Shown here: positions 41,182 to 51,343 of the stretch, one piece after another
Layout: every line of letters begins with the position of its first letter
How positions within the stretch are numbered: position 1 is the first letter of the stretch
Assembly (NCBI GenBank): GCA_963848295.1
Contig: CAWKDB010000010.1
Span: forward strand, 2,272,001 to 2,336,000
Reading direction: 5' to 3'
Origin: an uncultured delta proteobacterium
GTDB lineage: Bacteria > Myxococcota_A > Polyangia > Haliangiales > Haliangiaceae
Length of the DNA: 64,000 bases
The notes under the pieces: model-generated
The model's input: the letters and a program-made list of their open reading frames with translations, nothing else
What the model was told of the DNA's origin: nothing
Databases searched by the model: none
Position numbers and translations under genes: made by a program

Positions 41182-41616
41182 GTGGCATACACCCCGCGCA
41201 CAGCTCTGACGTTTGCAGCCCTGTTCGCCGCGCACGCCACCGAAGCGCAGGCGCCGAAGCCCGCGACGGGGTTCGGCATGGCCGGCGCGCCGACCGAGGT
41301 GATCGCCGCGGCGCACGATGGCAGCTGGGTCGCGATGTGCCACGCGCGGCACGACACCGATCACAGCGGCGCGTTGAGCATCTCGATCGGCTTCAACATA
41401 ACGAGCGGCGACGCGCAGCGCGCTTACGTCGGCTCGGCCACCCGGACCGCGACGGTCGTCGGGCGCGATGTCGAAGGCCACGTGATGGCCATCGCTGACG
41501 ACGGCCGCTTGCTCGTCGGGTTCGGCGGCGCGAACGGCCATTGGGGCTTCGAGCCCGGACCGCTCGAGTGGCTCGCGGCTACTCCGGTCCGTGCGGCGCT
41601 CGCGCCCACACCGTGA
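41182..41616 (+). CDS. Hypothetical secreted protein, possibly an internally deleted remnant
   Basis: Signal-peptide-like N-terminus; beta-propeller-like fragments (AHDGSWVAMC, IADDGRLLV); overlaps the convergent gene by 38 bp. Confidence 0.45.
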   Translation: MAYTPRTALTFAALFAAHATEAQAPKPATGFGMAGAPTEVIAAAHDGSWVAMCHARHDTDHSGALSISIGFNITSGDAQRAYVGSATRTATVVGRDVEGHVMAIADDGRLLVGFGGANGHWGFEPGPLEWLAATPVRAALAPTP

Positions 41617-42262
41617 TCGCGAGTCGCGTCGGCGTGACGTGAGCTGCAACATCCTCGAAGCCGGCGGCACGCACGCCGCGCGCGAGCGAGTCGCGCGAGA
41701 ACCGAGTGGGGTGAATGTGGCGGCGCGAGAATCCGCTGCGCCGCGCGATCAGCTCGAGGATCGTCGATTCGACCGCGGGTAACCACGGCTCGCCGTAGTT
41801 CGGTGTCGAGAGCCACAGCCGGCCGCCCGGGACGAGGGCCCGGCGAAGACCGGCGAGCCACACCGGCCAGGCGAGCACGTGCTCGACGACTTCCTTCGCG
41901 TAGATCGCCGCGAACTTTCCCGCGCCGAGGCTGGCGTCGATCGGCGTCTCCGGTGGCACGACGCGCGCGTCGCTGATCCGCGCATTGCCGAGCGAGCGCA
42001 CCGCCTCGACCGCGCGCTCGTCGATGTCCACGACGGTGTAGCGCAGGCCCGGCGGCGCGGCGTCGAGCTCGTGCAGCAGGCCGCAGCCGACGACGAGCAC
42101 GTCTACAACACCGCTGCCGTCCCGGGACGAGCCCGCGATGTCGCCGCTCGGCACTTCGCCGAGGAACCGCGCGAGATCGCGCTCGAGCGGCGCGTGATAC
42201 AGCGTCCACGGAAACTGCCGGGCCCGCGCGTGATTCGCGAAGTAGTCGGTCTGCTCCGTCAT
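41579..42262 (-). CDS. Class I SAM-dependent methyltransferase
   Basis: VLVVGCG, EVVEHV, LVPGGRLWLSTPN; ATGA overlap with the upstream MTase. Confidence 0.85.
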   Translation of the reverse strand: MTEQTDYFANHARARQFPWTLYHAPLERDLARFLGEVPSGDIAGSSRDGSGVVDVLVVGCGLLHELDAAPPGLRYTVVDIDERAVEAVRSLGNARISDARVVPPETPIDASLGAGKFAAIYAKEVVEHVLAWPVWLAGLRRALVPGGRLWLSTPNYGEPWLPAVESTILELIARRSGFSRRHIHPTRFSRDSLARGVRAAGFEDVAAHVTPTRLAITVWARAPHGPE

Positions 42263-43146
42263 CGCGTCGGCACGGTCGCGGCGTCGGCGATGATCAGATA
42301 CTCGTACGCGCTCGGCGAATCGGCCGGCACGAGCGGATCTTGCACCGCCCAACGCACGAGCTTCGCGAACGGCGCGAGCACCGCATCGGGCAGCAGCGCC
42401 CCGAGCTTCGCCGGGTAGTGCCCGGTCAGCTTCTTCGCGACGAACTCGACGAACGCCTGCGGCAGGAACAAGCGATAGAGAAACTCCGAACGCTGCGAGC
42501 CCATCCCGTACGACGCGCGCACGGTCCAGCCATTCTGCTCGAGCAGGCGCGTCCACACCTTGAGATCGTAGAGATGCCAGTGCTGGAAGAAGCCGTTGAG
42601 CGCGCCCGACACGGTCATCGCCACGCGCGGCGCGTGCTTGAGCAACAGCGACTGCATCCGGCCCTGCAACGCCCAGCGCGGCGTCGGTACGAACATCAAC
42701 AGGCGCGCATCATCGGCGGCGGACTTGCGAAGATTGAGCAGCGCCGCGTCGATGTCGGGCACGTGCTCGAGCGAGCAGTTGCCGATGATCTCTTTGAACC
42801 GCGTGCCGGCGAATGGCGCATCGCGCGACACGTCGGTGATCTCCGCGGTGATCCGCGCGCGCGCTTGCGCGATCTCGCGAGCCGAGATGTCGATGCCGTA
42901 GATCTCGCGGCCGTCCTCGCGCACCGTCCACCAGAAGCCGTCGCCGCAGCCGACATCGAGCACCGGACCGCGCGCGCTCGCGACCGCCTGAAATGCAGCG
43001 AGCCGGTTGATCTCGCGCAGCGCGAGCGACAGCGGAGCATGCCGGAGGTAGCGATACGCCCAGCGCTCGATCTCGGCGTCGGTCGGTACGGTCGGCTTCG
43101 CCATCGGTTCGTCGGCGCTCGCGGGGACGGGCTCGGGCGCGGGCAT
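42259..43146 (-). CDS. Class I SAM-dependent methyltransferase
   Basis: VLDVGCGDG, GIDIS, NCSLEHVPD. Confidence 0.88.
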   Translation of the reverse strand: MPAPEPVPASADEPMAKPTVPTDAEIERWAYRYLRHAPLSLALREINRLAAFQAVASARGPVLDVGCGDGFWWTVREDGREIYGIDISAREIAQARARITAEITDVSRDAPFAGTRFKEIIGNCSLEHVPDIDAALLNLRKSAADDARLLMFVPTPRWALQGRMQSLLLKHAPRVAMTVSGALNGFFQHWHLYDLKVWTRLLEQNGWTVRASYGMGSQRSEFLYRLFLPQAFVEFVAKKLTGHYPAKLGALLPDAVLAPFAKLVRWAVQDPLVPADSPSAYEYLIIADAATVPTR

Positions 43147-43185
43147 CGCTCGTGACTACATCACTCGCGACTCGCGCGCAAACCT

Positions 43186-44313
43186 CTAAGCGCCGTCGCG
43201 CGTGATCGGGCCGGTCGGCGTGTCGTCGTGCTTGATCAGGCGCACCGACGAGTACGGCAGGTTGAACACCTCGCCGAGCCCGTGCGTGACCTTGCGCAGG
43301 CGATGCGCCGCCTTCGACGGGCGATCCTCGAGCAGCCAATCGAAGAAGCCCTGAGCGTTGAACGAGATGCCGAGCGCCATCTGCTGATGCGGCGCATAGC
43401 CGAACTGCGGATCCGGGTTCGGCTTGTAATTGCGCGTGTCGTACGACGCGGTGATATCGATGAACCGCGCGAGCGTGCCGCAATGGAACGAGCCGCACTG
43501 CAGGTCGCGCAGCGCGTGGATGCCGCCGAGATGAAACGCGAGCAAGTAGGTCTCGCCGGAGTAATCCTCGGCGATGTTGTACTTCGAGCAACTGCCGGTC
43601 GGACACGGCGACGCGCCGGTCAGCTTGCGGAGGTACATCTGGCTCGGGAAATACTGGACGCGATAATCGAACAACTCGTCGAGCCGCGGCCACATCGACA
43701 GCGCGAACGCGAGCACCGCGCCGGTCGTATCGCCCGCGAGATCGCTGAACGAGAACTCGTAGTAGAAGCCGTCTTTGACCTCGACGCCGGCGAACAGCGC
43801 CTCGGACAACGCGGTCGAAACCACCGCGCTGCCGAGCCGCGAGTAGCCGCCCCACTGGTTGAGAATTTCGGTGCCCATCCGGGCGAGCGACATCGTCGCC
43901 CACGCGTGACCGAACTTGTCGGCACCGCCGGCGTACGTTCGATCGCCGAGCCAACCGTCGCCGCCGAACTTGTACTCGGCGAGAGGTTTGTGTTTGCGGT
44001 ACCACGCGATGTACGTCCAGCCGGTGAACGCGACGTAGAAGCCGGCGAGCGTCAGCGCCGCAGCGGTCTTGTGATCGCGCTTCGGCTGACCATCGTCATC
44101 GGTATGATCGAGCACCGGCGCGGGCGCGAGATCGATCCACGGCGTCGTGATCGCGGGAGCGGCCGCGTCGGGCTGGGGTGCCGGCGGGGTAGCTCCCGGC
44201 GCCGCGACCGCGCCAGTTGGATCAGTGGGCGCGGGTACGGGATTGTCAGCGTCCGCAAACGCGGGTTGGCGCAACCATGCGATCACCAACAAGGCAGCGA
44301 CCGGGCGGCGCAC
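43186..44313 (-). CDS. DUF2279/YfiM-family exported protein
   Basis: Signal peptide; GGADKFGHAW, EVKDGF, FSFSDL, EDYSGETY. Confidence 0.75.
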   Translation of the reverse strand: MRRPVAALLVIAWLRQPAFADADNPVPAPTDPTGAVAAPGATPPAPQPDAAAPAITTPWIDLAPAPVLDHTDDDGQPKRDHKTAAALTLAGFYVAFTGWTYIAWYRKHKPLAEYKFGGDGWLGDRTYAGGADKFGHAWATMSLARMGTEILNQWGGYSRLGSAVVSTALSEALFAGVEVKDGFYYEFSFSDLAGDTTGAVLAFALSMWPRLDELFDYRVQYFPSQMYLRKLTGASPCPTGSCSKYNIAEDYSGETYLLAFHLGGIHALRDLQCGSFHCGTLARFIDITASYDTRNYKPNPDPQFGYAPHQQMALGISFNAQGFFDWLLEDRPSKAAHRLRKVTHGLGEVFNLPYSSVRLIKHDDTPTGPITRDGA

Positions 44314-44342
44314 TTGGGGCTTATCGCACCCGGGCTATGCGA

Positions 44343-44504
44343 ACACAACCTAGGTGGTCTCAGGAACCTGAGGGTCGGTTGTGTAGGTCACGCATGATGT
44401 GGCAACCTGCGTTAACCAACTTGAGTTACTAGGCGAACCATACTAGTTTGCCTCAGGTCCCCAGGACCGCAGACCCCTTGGTCGTGGCTATCAACCCCAC
44501 GACC
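44343..44504. promoter_or_regulatory. Cluster of inverted repeats in the divergent promoter/leader region
   Basis: acacaacc/ggttgtgt enclosing ctcagg-aa-cctgag; aggcgaac/gtttgcct; ggtcc/ggacc; ggtcgtgg/ccacgacc. Confidence 0.5.
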
Positions 44505-44595
44505 TTCTCCTAGCTTCGAGTACCGTGACCCCTAGCCTGACCACGAATCTCAGCGTGCGTAGCGCGCGCCTCGGTCTCCTCCCGGAGATCCGTCG

Positions 44596-45917
44596 ATGAC
44601 CACCCATCTGCTCTGGGTTCTGGTCAAGTCGCTGGCGCTGGTCGTCTTCATCAACCGCTACATCGCGGGCATCCTGCTCCGCCTGATCCGCGGCAAGAAG
44701 TGGGACGAGACCACCGACGACTACGAACCGACCGTGCTCGCGGTGATCCCGATGTTCAACGAGGGCGCCGCGATCAAAGAGACGCTGCGCAGCCTGCTCG
44801 ATTCGGATTATCCCGCTCACAAGCTCAAGGTCGTTTGCATCGACGACCTGTCGACCGACGACAGCTACGAGCAAGCGATGTCGCTCGCGCGCACGTCGGG
44901 TGGCCGGCTCAAGGTCGTTCGCAACCGCAAGAACCTCGGCAAACGCCGCTCGATCATTCGCGCGGTGCGCGACACCGATGCCGAGATCATCGTCTCGGTC
45001 GACTCCGACGTCGTGGTCGATCACGACGCCGTCCGCCAGCTCGTCCGTCGGTTCACCAGCGATCGCATCGCGGCAGTCGGCGGTCACGTCGACGTCCGCA
45101 ACAAGCACGAGAACTGGCTGACCCGGATGCAGGTCATCAAGTACTGGTACGGCTACTTCTTCCTGAAGAACCTCGAGTGGGGCTTCCGCCGGGTGATGTG
45201 CTTGTCCGGCTGCCTCACCGCGTATCGCCGCTCCGTGCTCGTCGAGCTCGAGGCCGTGCTCGAGAAGCGCTCGATCCTCGGCGTGCCGATCAAGTACGGC
45301 GAGGACCGGTTCCTGACCCGTCAAGTCGTCAAGGCCGGCTACCTCACGACGATGACGCTCGAAGCCAAGTGCCGCACGTTCGTACCGAACACACTGTCGA
45401 GCTACTTCTCGCAGCAACTGCGCTGGCGCCGCTCGAACATCGTCGACTACGCGGGCGCCTGCAGCCACGTGTGGCGGCTCAACCCGCTGCTCGCGATCCA
45501 CTTCTTCGCGCAGTTCGCGTTTGCTCATCGCGTACCCGCTCGCGGTCGTCCGCGCGCTCGGCTCGCACTGGTTCTTTCCCGGCTTGAAGATCCACCTGAT
45601 GGTGGTCGCCGTGTTCGGGCTCTACTACCGGTTCCGCGTCCGCAAGCGACCGGCGTCGGAGCGCGTCGGCGCGCTCGTCGTTCGTGCCGATGTCTCTGCT
45701 GATGCCGGTCACGTACGCGCTGCTCACGCCGCTCGCGCTGTTCACGCTCGATTCCGGCAGCTGGGAGACCCGCGGCCACGCCGAGACGGTCACCGAGCCC
45801 GCGGCGGAGCCGATCGGCGAGCCGCTCACTGGCAAAGTGATGCTGGTCGCGGCCAGCGTCGCTGCGGAGCCGGTCCGCGCCCGGGCGAGATCCCAAGCGC
45901 AACTTCCTGCTGCGTAG
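44596..45917 (+). CDS. Processive GT2, NodC / class I hyaluronan-synthase-like (two +1 frameshifts near 45520 and 45676, probable errors)
   Basis: IDDLS, NLGKR, SVDSD, VMCLSGCLTAYRR, GEDRFLT, QQLRWRRS, C-terminal TMs and WETR. Confidence 0.85.
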
Positions 45918-45947
45918 GCCCGATTTTTGGAGTAGGACCAGGCCTCG

Positions 45948-46750
45948 ATGGAGATGGAAGCTCGCAAGACCCCCCGGTTCTGGATCGCCGTCCAGCCATC
46001 GATCATCCGCCTCTACAAGGTTGCCGGGTTGTTCGCGCTCGGCGCGATCCTGGTCGGCCTGCTCGGGTTTCTCGCGGTCAACATCTTCTACTACTTCGAT
46101 CACACCTGGGTTCGCCCGGTCGTGTTGACGCTCGAACCATCAGAAGGTGATCGAAGCGGTGACCCAGCTCGACGATGCGAAGCTGCGCGCGAGCGAGCTC
46201 GAGGCCGAGAAGATCGATAACAGCGCGAAGCTCGAAGAGATCAAGCGCACGGTCGACGCCGACAACAAGTTCCTCACCGAGGTCGGCAGCGCCGCCGCGT
46301 CGCCGAGGACCGCCGAGGAGTGGCTGGTCCATCGCGAGGTCGAGCAGACCAAGCTCGACATCGAAAACCAGATCGGCCGCAAGGCGCCGCTCGAGCAGAA
46401 GCTCGCGAGCCTCGATCTATCGGTCAAAGACGCAGGAGCAGCTCGTTGCTCAGCGCGAGCAGTCGCCGTACCTGAAAGCGGTGAGCGGCACCGTGTACCT
46501 CGCGTTCGTGCCGTACTCGAACCTATCGAACGTCAAAGAGGGCACGAAGCTCTACGGCTGTTCGTGGGGGCTCGTGATGTGCCACACCGTCGGTCACATC
46601 ACGAAGATCCTGCCGGGCGAAGTCCAGGACATCCATCCGCACGACGAGAGCATCCAGCGCGGACAGATGATGGAGATCTCGCTGACGAGGCCGTCCGCGG
46701 CGAACGACAGCGTGTTGTTCGCGGGCTCGAAGCCGCTCTGGCTGTTCTAA
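45948..46750 (+). CDS. Membrane-anchored coiled-coil protein with C-terminal beta domain, MFP/adaptor-like (frameshifts near 46131 and 46432)
   Basis: One N-terminal TM, long heptad-like region, then VYLAFVPY..VKEG..VGHITKILPGEV. Confidence 0.65.
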
Positions 46751-46950
46751 GCCCGGGGCCACCGAGCCTGCTCACTCCCGGCTGATCGCGGTCGCAGATC
46801 GGCACACATGTACACCCGCGCAGGGCGCATTGAACGCGCCCGCCCTCGCGATCTTCGGACGCGCGCGGTTATCATAGGAGTCGCGTCTTTCGGAGGGACA
46901 TCCATGCGGATGTTGTCGGCGGTGGGGACTACTCGGGAGGTCGATTCTAG

Positions 46951-49900
46951 ATGAGCGACAAAGACACTCGGCTCGGCCCAGAAGCGGCCAAGCCGCCCGC
47001 GGCCAGTGGTGCGCGGAACGAGCAAAGCGGACTGTCGAAGATCGGTAGCGGAGGTTCGTCCGGCCCCGCCGATCGCACCGTCGCCCTCGGCAATGGTACC
47101 GGCGCAGGCGCTCCGAGCCCGGCCGCCGACGCCGCGCGCCCGACGCTGCAAGGCATGCACGTACAGGCCAAGCCGGGCGAGGCGACGATCCACCTGACGC
47201 CGTCCGGGCCAGCACCGGTTCCGCCGACGACGATCGCGCATGGCACGCCGTCGCCGGCCGCGCCGCCCGGCTCGACGCTCGCGGGGCAACCGCGCGCGAA
47301 GCGACCGTCGGCTGCGCCGAGCGTCAATCGCTCGAGCTCGTGGGACAAGTTCGGCGAGTCCGAAAGCGAGAGCACCGGCGTCCACGCGACGACCGGCGCA
47401 CCGCATCCCGGCGTCCGCATCAACCAGTACGAGATGATCAAGATGATCGGCGAGGGCGGGATGGGAACCGTCTACCTCGCCCGCGATCTGCGGCTCGGTC
47501 GGCGCGTCGCGATCAAGTTTCTGCAATCGAACCAGCAAGAGCTGACTCAGCGCTTCCTCGTCGAGGCGCGCGCGACCGCACGCTGCCAGCACGACAACAT
47601 CGTCGTGATCTACGAAGTCGGCGAGCACAACAACTCGCCGTACATGGTGCTCGAGTTCCTGACCGGCAAGCCGCTCACCGCGTACGTCGAGAACGGCCAG
47701 CGCGTGCCGTATACGCGTGCGGTCGAGATGATGGTCCAAGTCCTGCGCGCTCTCGAGTGCGCGCACGGCCAGGGCATCGTCCATCGCGACCTCAAGCCCG
47801 ACAACATCTTCATCACCGACTCCGGCAACATCAAAGTCCTCGACTTCGGCATCGCGAAGGTGCTCGAGGCGCAGCAGAGCCCCGGCGGCCTGTCATCGGG
47901 CGCGCTGCGCATGCCGAGCCCGCTCGAGCTCGCGACCGGCACGAACACGAGCCTGACTCGCGTCGGCACGATCATGGGCACGCTGAAGTACATGTCGCCC
48001 GAGCAGTGGGGCATCGGCATCGAGATCGATCACCTCAGCGACATCTGGGCGTGCGGCATGCTTGTTGCATCGCCTGATCTGCGGCCGCCACCCGCTGCAT
48101 CCGCTCGACGGCAACCAGCTCGTCGTCACCGCGATGCTCGAGCTGCCGATGCCGTCGATGACCGAGGCCGCGCCGCCGGATGCCCCGCGCGAGCTGATCC
48201 AGATCGTCGATCGCTGCTTGCTCAAGGTCGAAGGAGCAGCGCTGGCAGTCGGCGCAAGAGCTGCTGCGCGCGATCGAGCCGTTCTTGCCCGGCCGTCGCT
48301 CGGTCGAGCTCCAGCTCGACGAGAGCCCGTACGCCGGCTTGTCGTCGTTCCAAGAGGCCGACGCCGGCAAGTTCTTCGGCCGCACGCGCGAGATCGCGGC
48401 GATGGTCACGCGGATTCGCGATCGGCCGCTGATGGCGGTCGCCGGCAGCTCCGGCGTCGGCAAGTCGTCGTTCGTGCGCGCCGGCCTCGTGCCCGCGCTC
48501 AAGCGCTCGGGCGAACAGTGGGAGACGCTCGTCATTCGCCCGGGCCGCACGCCGATGGAATCGCTCGCGAGCGTGATCGCACCGATGGTCGCGACCGCGG
48601 CGAACCTCGCCGACGAGATGAACGAGCAGCGGAAGCTCGTCGAGACGTTGCGCCGCGAGCCCGGCCACCTCGGCCACGTGCTGCGCGGTCGAGCGCGTCG
48701 CGATAGTCGGCGGATGTTGCTGTTCGTCGATCAGTTCGAGGAGCTCTACACCCAGGTCACCGATCCGGCCGAGCGCGCGGCGTTCACCGCGTGTCTGTCG
48801 GCGGTCGCCGACGATGCGACGAGCCCGTTGCGCGTCGTGCTGTCGATGCGCTCCGACTTCCTCGATCGCCTCGCCGAAGACCAGGAGTTCGTCGCCGAGG
48901 TCACGCAGGGCTTGTTCTTCCTCGGCCCGCCGAACCGCGAAGGGTTGCGCGAGGCGATCCTGCAGCCCGCCGAGCTCGCCGGCTACTCGTTCGAGCTCGC
49001 CGCCACGGTCGACGACATGCTCGATCACCTCGAGACCACGCCCGGCGCGCTGCCGCTGTTGCAGTTCGCGGCCGCGAAGTTGTGGGACAGCCGCGATCGC
49101 GGCCGCAAGATGCTCACGCATCAGAGCTACGCCGCGATGGGCGGGGTCGCCGGAGCGCTCGCGAGTCACGCCGATCGCGTCGTGCAGGACATCGGCACGG
49201 CGAAACACGGGCTCGTTCGCGCGATCTTGCTCCGACTCGTCACGCCGGAGCGCACGCGCGCGATCGTGCCGATGAGCGATCTGCGCGACCTGTCGCGCGA
49301 GGTCGGCGAGGTCCAGCGCCTCGTCGATCAGATGGTCGATGCGCGCTTGCTCGTCGTGCAGAACCTCGACGGCGGCAAAGGCTCGACCGTCGAGATCGTC
49401 CACGAGTCGCTGATCCAAGGCTGGCCGACGCTGCGCCGTTGGCTCGACGAGAACCAAGACGACGCCGCGATCGTCGACCAGCTGCGCACCGCTGCGCGCC
49501 AATGGCACACGAAGGGCCGCGACCCGGGCTTGCTGTGGCGCGGCGACACCGCCGACGAGGCCAAGAAGTTCAAGAAGCGCTACAAGGGCCCGCTGTCGGA
49601 CGTGGAGCGCGCGTTCCTCGAAGAGATCATCCGCTACGAGCAAGCCGCGGCGCGCCGGCGTCGGACCGCGGTCATCGCCGGCATGGTCGGTCTCGGCGTG
49701 CTCGTGATCGCTGCGATGGCGGTTGCGGTCGTGCTCAAGCGGCAAGGCGACGAGGCGAGCCGCCAGCGCAACGCGGCCGAGCAGTCGGCGGCGGCCGAGA
49801 AGGAACAGCGCACGGTCGCCGAGCAGAACCTCGCCGACCGCGTCCGCTCAGGATGCCGCAGCCAAAGCGGCCGAGGATGCACGTCGCGCGGAAGAAGCCG

Positions 49901-50171
49901 CGCGCAAGGCGGCGGTCGCGCAGGACGTCGAGGACAAGCAGCAGATCGTCGACGTCAAGGCGCAATCGAAGGAAGATCTCGAGAAGAAGAACAAGCGAGC
50001 TCGAGAAAGCGCTCGCCGAGCAGCAACGAGTCCGAACGCATCGCCGAAGAGAATCAGCACGAGGCTGAAGCCGCGAAAGCCAAGATCGACGCGTTGCTCA
50101 CGCAGGAGCAGGAGCGCGTCAAGAAGCTACAGAGTCAGATCGGCAGCCCGATCGTCGACGATCTGAAGTAG
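46951..50171 (+). CDS. Ser/Thr kinase fused to STAND (nSTAND1-like) NTPase, TM helix and coiled coil (four +1 frameshifts near 48061, 48227, 49845, 49996)
   Basis: GEGGMG, VAIK, HRDLKPDN, DFG, YMSPE; PYAGL, FFGR, GSSGVGKSS, VDQFEELYT, LPLLQF, VHESL; TM AVIAGMVGLGVLVIAAMAVAVVL. Confidence 0.88.
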
Positions 50172-50186
50172 CGAACCGGAGAGCTC

Positions 50187-51329
50187 ATGACACTTGCCCT
50201 TGCCCGAACTCTGTCCGCAACTGCGCTCGCGCTCGCTCTGTCGAGCACCGCGTTCGCACAGCCAAAGACACCCGCGCCGGCACCCAAGCCGGCGCCTCTG
50301 ATGGCGCCCGACGATGCTCCGGCGCCCGACGCGAAGGCCGGCACGCCGGAGAAAGCCGGCACGAACGAGACGCTGCAGAACGGCGGTGCCGACGCACGCC
50401 CGTGGGCGAACGGCGTGTCGATGGCCCAACAGCAAGCCGCGCTCGCGCTGTTTCACGACGGCAACGTCCTGCTCAACGATGGCCTGTTCGTCAAGGCCGT
50501 CGAGAAGTACCGCGAGGCGCTCAAGCACTGGGACCACCCGGCGATCCACTACAACCTCGCGCTCGCGCTGCTCAACCTCGATCAGCCGATCGAGGTCTAC
50601 GACAGCCTGCAAAAGGCGACGCAGTACGGCCCCGCTCCGCTCGAGAAGGACAAGTACGAGCACGCGAAGGAATACCTGTTGCTGATCGAGAAGCAGATCG
50701 CCGATATCGAGGTCAGTTGCGACAAGCCCGGGGCGCACGTCCAGGTCGACGGCAAAGAGGTGTTCATCGCGCCCGGCAAGTTCAGCGGCAAGGTCCGCAT
50801 CGGGAAGCACGCGTTCCTCGCCGAGAAAGAGGGCTACGCGACGCGGATCAAGGCACCGTACATCGGCCCCGGCGAGCACTTCAGGATCGAGCTCAAGCTC
50901 TACACGTCGGACGAGCTGACTCGCTACAAGCGGCGCTGGCACAACACCTGGTTCCCGTACGCGGTGATCGGCGGCGGCGTGCTCGTCGGCATCGGCGGCG
51001 GCGCGCTCGAAGCGTCGGCGCGATCGAACTTCAGCGACTACGACAAGAAGGTCGCAGCGTGCAGCATGAACAACTCCGGCTGTCCTAACACCACGCCCGG
51101 GCTGGCGTCGCTCAAGCACGACGGCGACACGAAGCAGACCCTCGCGTATGTGGGTTACGGCGTCGGCATCGCCGCGATCGCGGCCGGAGCGGCGCTCGCG
51201 ATCCTCAACCGCGACCAAGCCTACGAGATCCGGGCGGACGACGTCGTCGACGGCGAGCAAAACCAAGTCACGTTCACGCCGATCGTCGCACCCGGGATGG
51301 CCGGCGCGATGGTGCAGGGCCACTTCTAG
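50187..51329 (+). CDS. TPR + PEGA domain exported protein
   Basis: Signal peptide; TPR ([13 protein letters not shown]); PEGA (PGAHVQVDG); C-terminal hydrophobic segments. Confidence 0.85.
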   Translation: MTLALARTLSATALALALSSTAFAQPKTPAPAPKPAPLMAPDDAPAPDAKAGTPEKAGTNETLQNGGADARPWANGVSMAQQQAALALFHDGNVLLNDGLFVKAVEKYREALKHWDHPAIHYNLALALLNLDQPIEVYDSLQKATQYGPAPLEKDKYEHAKEYLLLIEKQIADIEVSCDKPGAHVQVDGKEVFIAPGKFSGKVRIGKHAFLAEKEGYATRIKAPYIGPGEHFRIELKLYTSDELTRYKRRWHNTWFPYAVIGGGVLVGIGGGALEASARSNFSDYDKKVAACSMNNSGCPNTTPGLASLKHDGDTKQTLAYVGYGVGIAAIAAGAALAILNRDQAYEIRADDVVDGEQNQVTFTPIVAPGMAGAMVQGHF

Positions 51330-51343
51330 CTTTGGGAGATCGC

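Noticed and set aside
41183..41197. GG-N10-GC sigma54-like spacing (TGGCATACACCCCGC)
   Set aside because: Poor -12 context, and it overlaps the predicted start of the ORF
44385..44470. Resemblance to a c-di-GMP-I riboswitch (ggtcacgca, ggcgaacca)
   Set aside because: The GNRA tetraloop/receptor and second GCAAA element are not identifiable; kept only as an unassigned structured leader
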